From the NCBI GenBank assembly GCA_963676105.1, contig OY781039.1, positions 30,001 through 62,000 on the forward strand: a stretch of 32,000 bases of DNA, in the 5' to 3' direction. The notes under the pieces are model-generated. The model worked only from the letters and a program-made list of their open reading frames with translations. It was not told the origin of the DNA and did no database searches. Position 1 is the first letter of the stretch; each line of letters opens with the position of its first letter. Positions 18,144 to 28,152 of this stretch are shown piece by piece. The position numbers were made by a program, and so were the translations under genes. The stretch comes from Erysipelotrichaceae bacterium. Lineage in GTDB: Bacteria; Bacillota_I; Bacilli_A; Erysipelotrichales; Erysipelotrichaceae.

Positions 18144-19774
18144 GTTTTTATATAATCTAAAATATAAGTCTCATCTGGATCAATAAAGATTGTTTTATAG
18201 GAGCCTACTTGTACCATCCCTGCATTTGCGCCTGGGATTTTTTTTAGGTTTGAGACTTGAGTGTATTGAATTTCAACCGAAGAAGAACTTCGTGCTTTTG
18301 AAAAATAAGCCGCCAGCTGAGCACAGAGTCGAATGTGTTTTTCATCAACTTCTTCAGTTGCGAGTACGACATGTGAACCGTGATAGTCTTTTGTATGAAA
18401 CCATAGGTCTTTTTTACGGGCTAACTTAAAAGTAATCGCATCATTTTGTAGATTGTTTTTCCCAAAATAGATGTGTTTATTTTCATCAGTCAATAAATGA
18501 GTAATCCCCAAACTTTGTTTCTTGGATTTCTTTCCTTTTTTCATAGGAATATAACCTAGTCCCATCAGTTCTTCTTTGATTTCAATCGCATCGGATACAC
18601 TCGCGATAGATAATTGTTCAGATAAGGTGTTAAAGTATTCAATTTCTTGTTTGGTTTTTTCGATTTGTTCTTCGATATAGGCGACACCCTTACGTCCTTT
18701 ATGATATTTCTGATAATAACGCTTAGCGTTTGTTTTTCCATCAAATTTAGGATCGAGGCTTATGATGCGTTTTTCATTTGTATCAAAATCATCGACTTCA
18801 AGTTCAGTATGTCCAGATCTTAAATGTAGCCCATAAGCAAGTATATAATCCGCCATTTCTTTCCATTTTAAGGAATCTTTAGCTTCTTCTAAACTTTCAA
18901 CAAGTTTCAAGATTTTCTTTTGATTACGTTTACTTTCACGATTAACATATTTAATAAGATCACCCGTATGTTGTTTAATCCGTTCCAAGTTTTCTTTTTC
19001 TTCGTATAAACGATCATAGGCTTCCATGAAGGGGTAAACAGAAGCTTCGGAATGCGTGTGAGTAAGTTCGATTAAATGCGCTAAGAAATCATCTTTGCGT
19101 GGGTGAAGGTATAAGACCTCTGAATTCTTAATTTCATTAATAATGGAAGAAAAGGATTGATTATTATCCATGCGATACCGAATTTCTTTTTCAAGAAGGG
19201 GAGAAATTCCATCAATTGTTTGAGTTAAATTTTCAGCTAGATTTATGGTTTCAGTCTCGAAAGGATTAAGTTTTTCACGATCTAAGACTTCTTCATAGTT
19301 GGCACCGGATTGTATGGTGCGTTTATTATTTTCATAAGGTGGTATACGTTTTAAGGCATCCACAATCTTGTTATTTTCATCGACTAAAATAACATTGGCA
19401 TACTTACCCATGAGTTCAACATAAAGTTCGTAGTTATGAATATCACCTAAGTCATCCCGTTTTTGAATGGACAGTCTTAGTACGCGATCTAAACGTATTT
19501 GTTCAATTTGATGAATGATCGCAGAATCCAAATGTTTTCTCAACAACATCACAAATGAGGAAGGTTCACTAGCTGCGACTAAATCCCGTTCACTAAATTG
19601 AATACGATTATGAACAGAGTGAGTGGATATTAATAACTGCAGTTTTTCTTTGTGTGATCGAACTAAAAAAACCAACTCATTATCAGAGATATGAATGATA
19701 CGTTGTATCTTCATTGGACACGCTTTTTGTAGTTCATTGACTGCGTGATTTAGGATTAATCCATCGACTGCCAT
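18131..19774 (-). CDS. rqcH: Ribosome quality-control factor RqcH (NFACT family; formerly annotated fibronectin-binding protein A)
   Basis: NFACT-N domain with the LDRV (Asp-Arg) motif, a central coiled coil and a C-terminal NFACT-R block (FHTKDYHGSHVVL). 547 aa. Confidence 0.88.
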   Translation of the reverse strand: MAVDGLILNHAVNELQKACPMKIQRIIHISDNELVFLVRSHKEKLQLLISTHSVHNRIQFSERDLVAASEPSSFVMLLRKHLDSAIIHQIEQIRLDRVLRLSIQKRDDLGDIHNYELYVELMGKYANVILVDENNKIVDALKRIPPYENNKRTIQSGANYEEVLDREKLNPFETETINLAENLTQTIDGISPLLEKEIRYRMDNNQSFSSIINEIKNSEVLYLHPRKDDFLAHLIELTHTHSEASVYPFMEAYDRLYEEKENLERIKQHTGDLIKYVNRESKRNQKKILKLVESLEEAKDSLKWKEMADYILAYGLHLRSGHTELEVDDFDTNEKRIISLDPKFDGKTNAKRYYQKYHKGRKGVAYIEEQIEKTKQEIEYFNTLSEQLSIASVSDAIEIKEELMGLGYIPMKKGKKSKKQSLGITHLLTDENKHIYFGKNNLQNDAITFKLARKKDLWFHTKDYHGSHVVLATEEVDEKHIRLCAQLAAYFSKARSSSSVEIQYTQVSNLKKIPGANAGMVQVGSYKTIFIDPDETYILDYIKTHKV

Positions 19775-19783
19775 AGTTCTTGA

Positions 19784-19792
19784 ATTATATCA
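19784..19792 (-). promoter_or_regulatory. Extended -10 promoter element for rqcH
   Basis: The minus strand reads TGaTATAAT. Only 9 nt (tcaagaact, no SD) separate it from the ATG at 19774. Confidence 0.5.
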
Positions 19793-19795
19793 CAA

Positions 19796-19824
19796 TTGAC
19801 CGAAGTCAAATGTGTGTGTAGAAT
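19796..19824 (+). promoter_or_regulatory. SigA-type promoter of gmk
   Basis: -35 TTGACC (19796-19801), 17-nt spacer, -10 TAGAAT (19819-19824). SD agtgagg and the ATG at 19848 follow. Confidence 0.55.
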
Positions 19825-19847
19825 AATAAATTAAAGTGAGGTTATGC

Positions 19848-20411
19848 ATGAAAAAGGGCTTATTAATTATACTAAGTGGACCTAGCGGTGTGGGTAAAGG
19901 AACAGTCCGTTCACATTTCGCAAATGATCCAGAACTTAACATTGCTTTTTCTGTCTCGATGACAACACGTGCAAAACGTGAAGGTGAAGTGGATGGAAAA
20001 GATTACTTCTTTGTTGATAAGGAAACATTCTTAAAAGCGGTCGATAAAGATGAGTTGTTAGAATACGCTGAATTTGTGGGGAATTACTATGGGACTCCAA
20101 CCCATGCGGTTGAAGATTTAAGAAATCAAGGAAAGAATGTTCTTCTTGAAATTGAAGTACAAGGTGCCTCACAGGTCAAAGCGAAAGTTGATGATGCCCT
20201 TACAATATTCTTAGTTCCACCAAGTATGGAAGAGCTTGAGAAACGCATACGCGGTCGCCGCACTGAAGATGAAGTTGTTGTTCAAAAGCGTTTAGCAAAA
20301 GCTAAAAGAGAAATGGAACTATTAGGTCAATATAAATATGTTGTGACCAATGATGTGCCAGAAGAAGCAGCTGAAATCATTTCTAAAATTATTAAATCTC
20401 ATATGGAATAG
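19848..20411 (+). CDS. gmk: Guanylate kinase
   Basis: P-loop GPSGVGKGT, SVSMTTRAKREGEVDGKDYFF and EYAEFVGNYYGT. ATG at 19848 is preferred over the track's GTG at 19836. Confidence 0.95.
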   Translation: MKKGLLIILSGPSGVGKGTVRSHFANDPELNIAFSVSMTTRAKREGEVDGKDYFFVDKETFLKAVDKDELLEYAEFVGNYYGTPTHAVEDLRNQGKNVLLEIEVQGASQVKAKVDDALTIFLVPPSMEELEKRIRGRRTEDEVVVQKRLAKAKREMELLGQYKYVVTNDVPEEAAEIISKIIKSHME

Positions 20412-20431
20412 CATCACGCTATTCCTTTTTT
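20405..20431 (+). terminator. Rho-independent terminator after gmk
   Basis: ggaatagc (20405-20412) pairs with gctattcc (20418-20425) as a perfect 8-bp stem with a 5-nt loop, followed by TTTTTT. The stem contains the gmk stop codon. Confidence 0.85.
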
Positions 20432-20456
20432 ATGGCATTTATAAGATGCATTGGCG

Positions 20457-20465
20457 TGCTATAAT
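20457..20465 (+). promoter_or_regulatory. Extended -10 promoter element for the priA operon
   Basis: TGcTATAAT. It lies 10 nt (ttttttaact, no SD) before the ATG at 20476. Confidence 0.45.
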
Positions 20466-20475
20466 TTTTTTAACT

Positions 20476-22605
20476 ATGTTACACAGAGTCCATACCTATT
20501 TAGAACACAGAACCTTAAGACTCAATCAACGTTTTACCTATTTAGCTGATGAAAGCTGTATTAAAGGTATGCGTGTAAAAGTTCCTTTTGGTGCACAAAG
20601 TATCGTTGGAATTGTGGTTGAAACTGAAGTACACCAGCCAGAAGATACTTTAGAGTATGAATTAAAAGAAGTTCTTGAAGTTATTGATCAAGAACCTGTT
20701 TTAAATGACGAACTTATCGATTTAGCACTTTGGCTATCTAAAGAAAGTTTAGCGCCTACCATTAGTTGTTTTCAGGCGATGTTACCTAAATTAAAAAATA
20801 TTCGCTCAAGTAAACAAAAAATTAAACAAAATTTGTGGCTTAAAAAAATCAAAGAACCCCAAAAATTAACTGATAAGCAAAGATTAGTCTGGAATGCTTT
20901 TGAAGACGAAACTGAGTATACACGGCTTAAAAAGTCCTATGGTTCAGCCATTGATACCTTGATTAAAAATGGCTATTTAGAGCGTTATGAAAAAGAAGTA
21001 GATTATAGAATCATTGAGAAAGATCAAAAAGCAGCTCATTACAACCTAAGTCGTGATCAAGTTGAAGCCCTAGATAAAATTAGACATGCGGATAAAGTGG
21101 TGTGTCTATTTGGTAAAACAGGATCTGGTAAAACGGAAGTTTATCTTCAACTGGCGCAAGAAGCGATTGATCAAAACAAACAAGCCTTAATACTTGTGCC
21201 AGAAATTGGTTTAACCCCACAAATGGTAGAGCGTGTTCAAAAACGCTTTGGTCAAGATGTCATTGTCTATCATTCTCATTTAAATAATACTGAACGGTAT
21301 CTTCAATATAAACGTGTAAGAGATGGTGAAAAGACCATTGTCGTTGGGACGCGGTCTGCAATATTTCTACCATTTCAAGATTTAGCACTAATCGTGGTAG
21401 ATGAAGAACATGATTCATCATATAAACAAGAATCGCATCCTCGCTACCATATGCGCGATGTGGCGATTAAAAGAGCTGAAACGCATGGCGCAAGATTGGT
21501 ATTAGGTAGCGCAACCCCAGCTTTTGAAACATTTGCGCGTGCGATAAAAGGCAATTATGAATTAGTACGCATGCCTAATCGTGTTTCTGGGACTTTACCG
21601 AAAATGCATTTTGTTTCGCCTAGTCGCTACCAAAGACAAATCTTAGCCGCAGAAATCGTTGATGCGATAAGACAAAGAAAAGAAAATCATGAACAAGTCT
21701 TACTTTTAATTAATCGCCGTGGTTATACACCGATTTTACAGTGTTCAGCCTGTCAAAAGAGTTTAGAATGTCCTAACTGTGATCGTTTACTGCATGTCCA
21801 TAAAGCGGATCATAAACTAAAATGTCACAGTTGTGGTTATGAAAAAGAACTCGAGACTGTTTGTCCTAGCTGTGGATCAAAACACATGCGAATGTTAGGA
21901 CTTGGAACTCAACGTGTTGAAGAAGAACTCCAACACTTATTTCCTGATTTAAGAGTGCTTAGAATGGATCGTGATACAACGCAACGTAAAAATGCGCATG
22001 AAAAGATTTTAAGTCAATTTGAAAAAGGAGAAGCGGACTTGCTTTTGGGCACACAGATGATTGCGAAAGGTTTAGATATGCCGAAAGTATCTTTATCTAT
22101 TATTTTAGAAATAGATCAATCATTGTTGGGGGTTGATTATCGAAGTGTGGAAGATGCTTTTTCATTGCTTGTTCAAAGTGCAGGACGAGCTGGTCGTATG
22201 TCACATCATGGTGAAGTGTATGTGCAAACACGTCTTCAAGATCATTATGCATTGAAGTTTGCGCAGTCTCATGATTATGAAGCCTTTTTTACCCATGAAA
22301 TGCAGTATCGTCATCAAGCGAATAATCCTCCATATACTTATTTAATCAATATTACTTTGAGCTCTTTTAATCAAGAAGATATTTTAAATCCACTCTATAT
22401 GATTAAAGAAAAGTTTGATACAAGTATTAAAGTCTTAGGACCTTCAGATTTAGGTAAACTACAAAATCGCTATCGTGCACGTTTAATTTTAAAAGGAAAA
22501 GATTTAAACTTAATGAGGGAGAATGTAAAACGTTTGATCCCTGAAATGCCGATAAAAAATAGTGTTGATGTCGTGATTGATGTTAACCCAAGGAGTTTAC
22601 TCTAG
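20476..22605 (+). CDS. priA: Primosomal replication-restart helicase PriA
   Basis: N-terminal F-x-Y...GMRVKVPFG 3'-DNA-binding domain, Walker A GKTGSGKTEVY, DEEHD, and a Cys-rich zinc region (CSACQKSLECPNCD...CHSCG...CPSCGS). The track ORF start at 20350 overlaps gmk and its terminator, so M43 (20476) is used. Confidence 0.93.
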   Translation: MLHRVHTYLEHRTLRLNQRFTYLADESCIKGMRVKVPFGAQSIVGIVVETEVHQPEDTLEYELKEVLEVIDQEPVLNDELIDLALWLSKESLAPTISCFQAMLPKLKNIRSSKQKIKQNLWLKKIKEPQKLTDKQRLVWNAFEDETEYTRLKKSYGSAIDTLIKNGYLERYEKEVDYRIIEKDQKAAHYNLSRDQVEALDKIRHADKVVCLFGKTGSGKTEVYLQLAQEAIDQNKQALILVPEIGLTPQMVERVQKRFGQDVIVYHSHLNNTERYLQYKRVRDGEKTIVVGTRSAIFLPFQDLALIVVDEEHDSSYKQESHPRYHMRDVAIKRAETHGARLVLGSATPAFETFARAIKGNYELVRMPNRVSGTLPKMHFVSPSRYQRQILAAEIVDAIRQRKENHEQVLLLINRRGYTPILQCSACQKSLECPNCDRLLHVHKADHKLKCHSCGYEKELETVCPSCGSKHMRMLGLGTQRVEEELQHLFPDLRVLRMDRDTTQRKNAHEKILSQFEKGEADLLLGTQMIAKGLDMPKVSLSIILEIDQSLLGVDYRSVEDAFSLLVQSAGRAGRMSHHGEVYVQTRLQDHYALKFAQSHDYEAFFTHEMQYRHQANNPPYTYLINITLSSFNQEDILNPLYMIKEKFDTSIKVLGPSDLGKLQNRYRARLILKGKDLNLMRENVKRLIPEMPIKNSVDVVIDVNPRSLL

Positions 22606-23852
22606 TGAATGCACGAGATTTAGCCCATGAAATATTAACGGATGTCATTCTAAAACATGATTATGCCAATTTAAGTTTGAAACAACGATTAGATGAAGTT
22701 GAAGATAAGGATCGTGCTTTATGTACGGCCTTGGTTTATACGACCCTTCAACATCATCGAACAGTACGCGCTTTATGGTCTCAATATACACGTAAAATGC
22801 CTAAGTCATCGGTTGCGATATTGTTGGATTTAGCGGCAACACAACTTCGTTATTTTGATCGTCTTCCTGATTATGCAGTAGTCGATGAAGCTGTAAAATG
22901 GTGTCATGATCGTGCGCCTTATGCGGATAAGATGGTCAATGCGGTTTTACGAAAAGTTCAAAAAAATGCACATCAGCATCTTCAAGGCGAGGATGAGATG
23001 GATACCTTTGCGCTTAATCATGCTTTGCCAACTTGGATTTTTAGATTATGGGTGGCTCATTATGGAAGAGAAAGAGCTGAAGAAATTGCGCGATCACTCT
23101 TAAAGCCATCACATATGAGTGCACGGATTAATACCTTAAAGATAAATAAGGAAGACTTAATGAAAGATAAAGACTTAAGTTTAAGTCACTTATCCAATTT
23201 CAGTGTTCTGTCATCTCAAAATTTAGTCCATTCATCATATATTGAAAGCGGTCAACTTTATATTCAAGATGAATCATCCTCATATGTTACTGAGTTTGCG
23301 GATGCACAAGCAGGTATGAATGTTCTAGATGTTTGTAGTGCGCCAGGATCAAAAACTGCTGGTTTAGCCATTGATATGAAAAACAAGGGACAAATTACAG
23401 CGGTTGAACTACATCCTAGTCGCGCAAAGTTAGTTGATGAATTGATGGAACACTTAGGGATTAATATTGTTGAGACTAAAACATACGATGCACGTTTTTT
23501 AGAAAAAGAATTACCAGAGAGGGACTTTGATTTAATTTTAGCCGATGTGCCTTGTACGGGTTTAGGAGTACTTAGACATAAGGCAGATATTAAACTTAGA
23601 ATTAGTCCTAATCAATTGGATGAAATAGAAGGTCTACAAAAAGCGATTTTAGATGGCATTCATAATTTATGTAAGGTGGGTGGAACTCTGATCTATTCAA
23701 CATGTACTTTAAATAAGAAAGAAAATGAACATCAGATTCAACATTTTATACAAAAATATCCAAACTATGAATTAATTGAAGAGAAAACGATTTTTCCACA
23801 AGACTATAATAGTGATGGATTCTATATGGCAAAACTTAAAAGGTCAGCTTGA
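22605..23852 (+). CDS. rsmB: 16S rRNA (cytosine967-C5)-methyltransferase RsmB/Sun
   Basis: NusB-like N-terminal domain, SAM motif [18 protein letters not shown] and the catalytic YSTCTL. The GTG start overlaps the priA TAG by 1 nt. Confidence 0.9.
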   Translation: MNARDLAHEILTDVILKHDYANLSLKQRLDEVEDKDRALCTALVYTTLQHHRTVRALWSQYTRKMPKSSVAILLDLAATQLRYFDRLPDYAVVDEAVKWCHDRAPYADKMVNAVLRKVQKNAHQHLQGEDEMDTFALNHALPTWIFRLWVAHYGRERAEEIARSLLKPSHMSARINTLKINKEDLMKDKDLSLSHLSNFSVLSSQNLVHSSYIESGQLYIQDESSSYVTEFADAQAGMNVLDVCSAPGSKTAGLAIDMKNKGQITAVELHPSRAKLVDELMEHLGINIVETKTYDARFLEKELPERDFDLILADVPCTGLGVLRHKADIKLRISPNQLDEIEGLQKAILDGIHNLCKVGGTLIYSTCTLNKKENEHQIQHFIQKYPNYELIEEKTIFPQDYNSDGFYMAKLKRSA

Positions 23853-23871
23853 TGCTTGTGGTAAACTATCA

Positions 23872-24915
23872 ATGATGAAAAATTCAATTTACAATTTAAG
23901 CTTAAAAGAACTTGAAACTGCGGTGCAAGAAAGGGGATCAAAACCTTATCGAGCAAAACAGATTTTTAAGTGGCTATATAAAAAAAAGGTGGATTCATTT
24001 GAAGCGATGAGTGATATCTCCAAATCCTTTATTGAAACGCTTGAAAATGACTATAGCTTTGAGACACTAAAACTTCATACACGACAAGTATCAAGTGATG
24101 GAACGGTTAAATATTTATTTGAACTTGAAGATGGTTTTTTAGTTGAGACGGTTTTAATGCATCATGACTATGGCAAATCAGTTTGTGTTACTTCACAAGT
24201 TGGTTGTAATATGGGCTGCAAATTTTGTGCTTCAGGATTACTTAAGAAAAACCGTGATTTAACTGCTGGCGAAATGGTTGCGCAGATCATGTATGTTCAA
24301 AAAGAACTTGATCATAATAATGAACGTGTTAGTCACTGTGTAGTGATGGGAACAGGTGAACCTTTTGATAATTATGATAATGTCATTCGTTTTTTAAATA
24401 TTTTAAATGAACCCATTGGTTTAGAAATAGGAGCACGGCATTTAACTGTTTCAACTTGTGGTATTGTACCCAAAATCAAAGAATTTTCTAAAGGTAAATA
24501 CCAATATAACTTAGCGATTTCTTTGCATGCGCCAAACGATAAACTCAGATCAGAAATTATGCCAATAAATCAAGCCTATCCATTAGATGAATTAATGGCT
24601 GCGCTTAAGGAATATAGCCATGAAAACAATCGTCGTATTACATTTGAATATATTTTATTAAAAGATGTAAATGATCAAGCTGAACATGCGAAAGAATTGG
24701 CTCAACTAATAAAAGGGATGAATGCTTACGTTAATTTAATTCCGTATAATGCGGTGGATGAACATGGTTTTAAAGCACTTGGATTTAAAGATGCGATGCG
24801 TTTTTATGATCAACTTACAAGACTTGGTGTGAAATGTACTTTACGGGCCGAACATGGTGGTGATATTGATGCCGCATGTGGACAATTAAGAGCGAAAGCT
24901 GAAGGTAAGCTATGA
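23872..24915 (+). CDS. rlmN: 23S rRNA/tRNA (adenine-C2)-methyltransferase RlmN (radical SAM)
   Basis: N-terminal [15 protein letters not shown], radical-SAM cluster [17 protein letters not shown] and the C-terminal DIDAACGQL. Start taken at the ATG at 23872 ([11 protein letters not shown]). The track start at 23776 overlaps rsmB. Confidence 0.93.
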   Translation: MMKNSIYNLSLKELETAVQERGSKPYRAKQIFKWLYKKKVDSFEAMSDISKSFIETLENDYSFETLKLHTRQVSSDGTVKYLFELEDGFLVETVLMHHDYGKSVCVTSQVGCNMGCKFCASGLLKKNRDLTAGEMVAQIMYVQKELDHNNERVSHCVVMGTGEPFDNYDNVIRFLNILNEPIGLEIGARHLTVSTCGIVPKIKEFSKGKYQYNLAISLHAPNDKLRSEIMPINQAYPLDELMAALKEYSHENNRRITFEYILLKDVNDQAEHAKELAQLIKGMNAYVNLIPYNAVDEHGFKALGFKDAMRFYDQLTRLGVKCTLRAEHGGDIDAACGQLRAKAEGKL

Positions 24916-25649
24916 GGGAGTTCGCTTCGGCTTTAAATATTGGTTCAGTTCGTGTTAAAAACCAAGATAATGTAGTAATTTTACATAATGATGATTATGA
25001 TTTTATGCTTGTATGTGATGGCATGGGTGGCGCAAATGCAGGTGAAATTGCCTCACAAATGTGTGTTGAGTCTTTACAAGCTGATTTTGAAAATAATCCC
25101 CCTCAAAACGGTGATTTTGAAAGTTTAAAAAATTGGTCAATTGATGCCTTGAATAAGGCGAATCTTGTGGTTTTAAATGAATCTTTAATGAACCCTAATT
25201 ATCATGGTATGGGCACAACCGCAGTCCTTTCGATTTTTTCAAAAGAGGTCTGTTGTGTTAGTAATGTAGGTGATTCACGAGCATATGCCTTTCATGGTGG
25301 AAAATTAAATCAAATCTCTGAAGATCATTCTTTAGTTAATCAGTGGATCAAAGAGGGGAAAATGACGCTTGATGAAGCTAAACGTCATCCTCAACGATCT
25401 GTTTTAACGAACGTTTTAGGTGTTATGGATAAAATGCTTATTGATACGTATAAGATAGATGTGAATACAGAGATGATTTTACTCTGTTCAGATGGTGTAT
25501 CGGGAATGTTAGATGATGCGCAAATTGAAGCTTTTATGAATAAAGGTGGGACTGCTAAACAAATCACCAAGCGTTTAGAAAAAGCAGCTTTAGCAATGGG
25601 TGGCTATGATAATATCGCGATTGCATTGAAGCGTGAGGATCAAAAATGA
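24912..25649 (+). CDS. stp: PP2C-family Ser/Thr phosphatase (Stp/PrpC)
   Basis: R-x-x-NQD, CDGMGG, GDSRAY, CSDGVSG and YDNIA motifs. ATGA overlaps on both sides. Paired with the PASTA kinase. Confidence 0.9.
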   Translation: MREFASALNIGSVRVKNQDNVVILHNDDYDFMLVCDGMGGANAGEIASQMCVESLQADFENNPPQNGDFESLKNWSIDALNKANLVVLNESLMNPNYHGMGTTAVLSIFSKEVCCVSNVGDSRAYAFHGGKLNQISEDHSLVNQWIKEGKMTLDEAKRHPQRSVLTNVLGVMDKMLIDTYKIDVNTEMILLCSDGVSGMLDDAQIEAFMNKGGTAKQITKRLEKAALAMGGYDNIAIALKREDQK

Positions 25650-27286
25650 AACAGATCTTCGCAAATAGATATACATTAACCAAAAAACTTGGTGAAGGCG
25701 GCATGGCAGATGTCTATTTAGCTTTTGACTCACTTTTGAATCGTGATGTCGCCATTAAACTTTTAAGATCTTCAATGGCCTTAGATCCTGTTTCTTTATT
25801 GCGCTTTCAAAGAGAGGCGAATTCAGCTTCAAGTTTAAACCATCCAAACATTGTTGAAATTTATGATGTAGGTGAAGATGAAGGTTATCACTACATCGTC
25901 ATGGAGTATGTCAAAGGGAAAACCCTTAAACAACTGATTGCCCAACGTGGCGCAATGGAAAAACATGAAGCTATATCTATCATGGATCAGCTCATATCAG
26001 CGGTTATAGAGGCACATGAGAAGAATATTATTCATCGTGATATCAAACCTCAAAATGTCATTGTTAAAGATGATGGAACCGTTAAAATGGCTGATTTTGG
26101 GATTGCGACGGTTGCGGACAATTTACAATTAACACAAGCGGACACTGTTTTAGGTTCAGTTCATTATTTAGCACCAGAACTTGCACGTGGAGAAAGTGCT
26201 AGTTTTCAATCAGATATCTATGCTTTAGGGATTACTTTCTATGAACTATTAACGGGTCAAGTTCCACATCATGGCGAACAAGCGGTTCAAATTGCGATGA
26301 AACACTTAAATGAAGAAATCCCAAGTGTTCGCGAATTTAATGCTTCATTACCACAAGCAATTGAAAATATCGTAATTAAGGCAACCGCAAAGAATAGACG
26401 TTTGCGATATTTAAATGCGAGTGAAATGTTAGATGATTTAAGAAGTGCTTTAAGTGATAAGAAAAAGAATGTAGCTCGACTTGTTTTACAACTTAAAAAT
26501 GAACATGAAGAAACGATCCAGATGGATCCAGTCTTTGGCTTAGAAAAGAAACAACCTTTTTATAAAACAGTTGTCGGTATGATTGTGATAGGCGTTTCAA
26601 TCATTTCAACCATTTTACTTTTAAGCTTTAGTGGTTTCTTTGAATCGTTGTCACCAACAGTCGTTGTGCCTGATTTGATCAATATGACGGTCGATGAAGC
26701 TGAAGATGCATTAATCAATAGCGGTTTAAGTATTGGACGCGTTCGTTATGAACTGACAGAATCAACCGAAAAAGGGTTGATAACTAAGGTATCTCCAACT
26801 TTAAATACAGAAGTTGATCGTGGATCGACTTTAACAATCACAGTTAGTGAAGGTATTTATGTTTTAGTTGAAAACTATGTCGGATTAAATATTGATGATG
26901 TTGAAACACTACTTCAAGGGACCAAAATCAATATTAAAATCGAACGACAAGCTGTCAGTGATGTTGAAACCGGGACCATTATTAATCAAGAACTATTAGC
27001 ACCAGGAACACATCTTGATCCACAGCGTGCATATGAAATTAAATTTATTGTTGCGGCTCCTGCAGAATTTTTAATCCCACAAATTGTGGGTTTAAATGTT
27101 GCGAGTGCACAAGGTCAACTTGAAGCTTTAGGTGCAAGCGTTGAAATGGTTCAACTTTCTACGGATGGGATGAGTGACGCTGAAAAAGAAAATTTAGTGT
27201 ATGGGGTTGTGGTTTCGATTGATCCTGATCCTTTGACGTATTACACCCAAGGAAGTGATAACCATATCACATTGAGTTTTTACTAA
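25646..27286 (+). CDS. prkC: PASTA-domain Ser/Thr protein kinase (PrkC/PknB/Stk1 type)
   Basis: Hanks kinase motifs GEGGMADVY, HRDIKPQN, DFG and APE, one TM helix (VVGMIVIGVSIISTILLLSF) and three extracellular PASTA-like repeats. Confidence 0.93.
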   Translation: MKQIFANRYTLTKKLGEGGMADVYLAFDSLLNRDVAIKLLRSSMALDPVSLLRFQREANSASSLNHPNIVEIYDVGEDEGYHYIVMEYVKGKTLKQLIAQRGAMEKHEAISIMDQLISAVIEAHEKNIIHRDIKPQNVIVKDDGTVKMADFGIATVADNLQLTQADTVLGSVHYLAPELARGESASFQSDIYALGITFYELLTGQVPHHGEQAVQIAMKHLNEEIPSVREFNASLPQAIENIVIKATAKNRRLRYLNASEMLDDLRSALSDKKKNVARLVLQLKNEHEETIQMDPVFGLEKKQPFYKTVVGMIVIGVSIISTILLLSFSGFFESLSPTVVVPDLINMTVDEAEDALINSGLSIGRVRYELTESTEKGLITKVSPTLNTEVDRGSTLTITVSEGIYVLVENYVGLNIDDVETLLQGTKINIKIERQAVSDVETGTIINQELLAPGTHLDPQRAYEIKFIVAAPAEFLIPQIVGLNVASAQGQLEALGASVEMVQLSTDGMSDAEKENLVYGVVVSIDPDPLTYYTQGSDNHITLSFY

Positions 27287-28152
27287 TGAATGTAGCCTTA
27301 ATCATTAAACATATTTCAAATCGATATACTCTATTAACACATGATCATCAAAGACTTGTGGCTTTACCTGAAGGTAAACTTAAAAGAGGAAAATCACCAA
27401 TTGTAGGAGATAAAGTAGAGTATTCAATAAAAGACGATCAAGTTATGATCACAAAGGTTTTAAAACGACATAATCAGCTCAAACGTCCGGTTATTGCGAA
27501 TGTTGATCAAGCCTTAATTGTGATGAGTGCGCGTAAACCTGATTTCTCTACACAACTCATTGATCGTTTTGTTTGGTTAATACGAAATGAAGATATAGCT
27601 CCTGTGCTTGTGATTACTAAACTTGATTTAGTTGAAGATGATGATCCTTTATATGCATCACTATCTGCTTATGAAAAAAGCGGTCTAAAAGTTGTCTACA
27701 TGTCAAAAACTCACTCACTTGAACCTTTAAAAGAAATTGTTAAAGATAAGATTTCTGTTTTAGCCGGTCAATCAGGTGTTGGTAAGAGTAGTTTGCTCAA
27801 TCGAATGAATCCTGACTTTGTATTAAAAACACAAGAGATTTCAAAAGCTTTAGGACGAGGCAAACATACCACCAGACATGTTGAACTCTATGATGTCTTT
27901 GAAGGCTGGCTAGCTGACACCCCTGGCTTTTCTGCTTTAGAATTTTCTAGTATTGAACTTGAGAACTTAGAGCGATGTGTTATAGAATTTGATGCATACA
28001 GAGATGATTGCTTTTATCGGAATTGTCAACATATTCATGAACCAAAATGCGCTGTTAAACAAGCAGTTGAAAATGGAGATATCCTACAAGAGCGCTACGA
28101 GCACTATAAAGAAGTTTATCGTTTAATACAGTCTATCAAGGAGAAATACTAA
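27286..28152 (+). CDS. rsgA: Ribosome small-subunit biogenesis GTPase RsgA (CpgA)
   Basis: Circularly permuted GTPase (TKLD before GQSGVGKSS) with a C-terminal zinc motif (CFYRNCQHIHEPKCAV). TAATG junction with prkC. Confidence 0.92.
   Translation: MNVALIIKHISNRYTLLTHDHQRLVALPEGKLKRGKSPIVGDKVEYSIKDDQVMITKVLKRHNQLKRPVIANVDQALIVMSARKPDFSTQLIDRFVWLIRNEDIAPVLVITKLDLVEDDDPLYASLSAYEKSGLKVVYMSKTHSLEPLKEIVKDKISVLAGQSGVGKSSLLNRMNPDFVLKTQEISKALGRGKHTTRHVELYDVFEGWLADTPGFSALEFSSIELENLERCVIEFDAYRDDCFYRNCQHIHEPKCAVKQAVENGDILQERYEHYKEVYRLIQSIKEKY

Noticed and set aside
20350-20475. 42-codon N-terminal extension of priA overlapping gmk
   Set aside because: The extension runs through the gmk stop, a perfect terminator hairpin and a -10 box. 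The PriA homology begins at M43.
23776-23871. 32-codon N-terminal extension of rlmN overlapping rsmB
   Set aside because: The RlmN family N-terminus (..[11 protein letters not shown]...[11 protein letters not shown]) begins at the ATG at 23872. The extension is the out-of-frame tail of rsmB.
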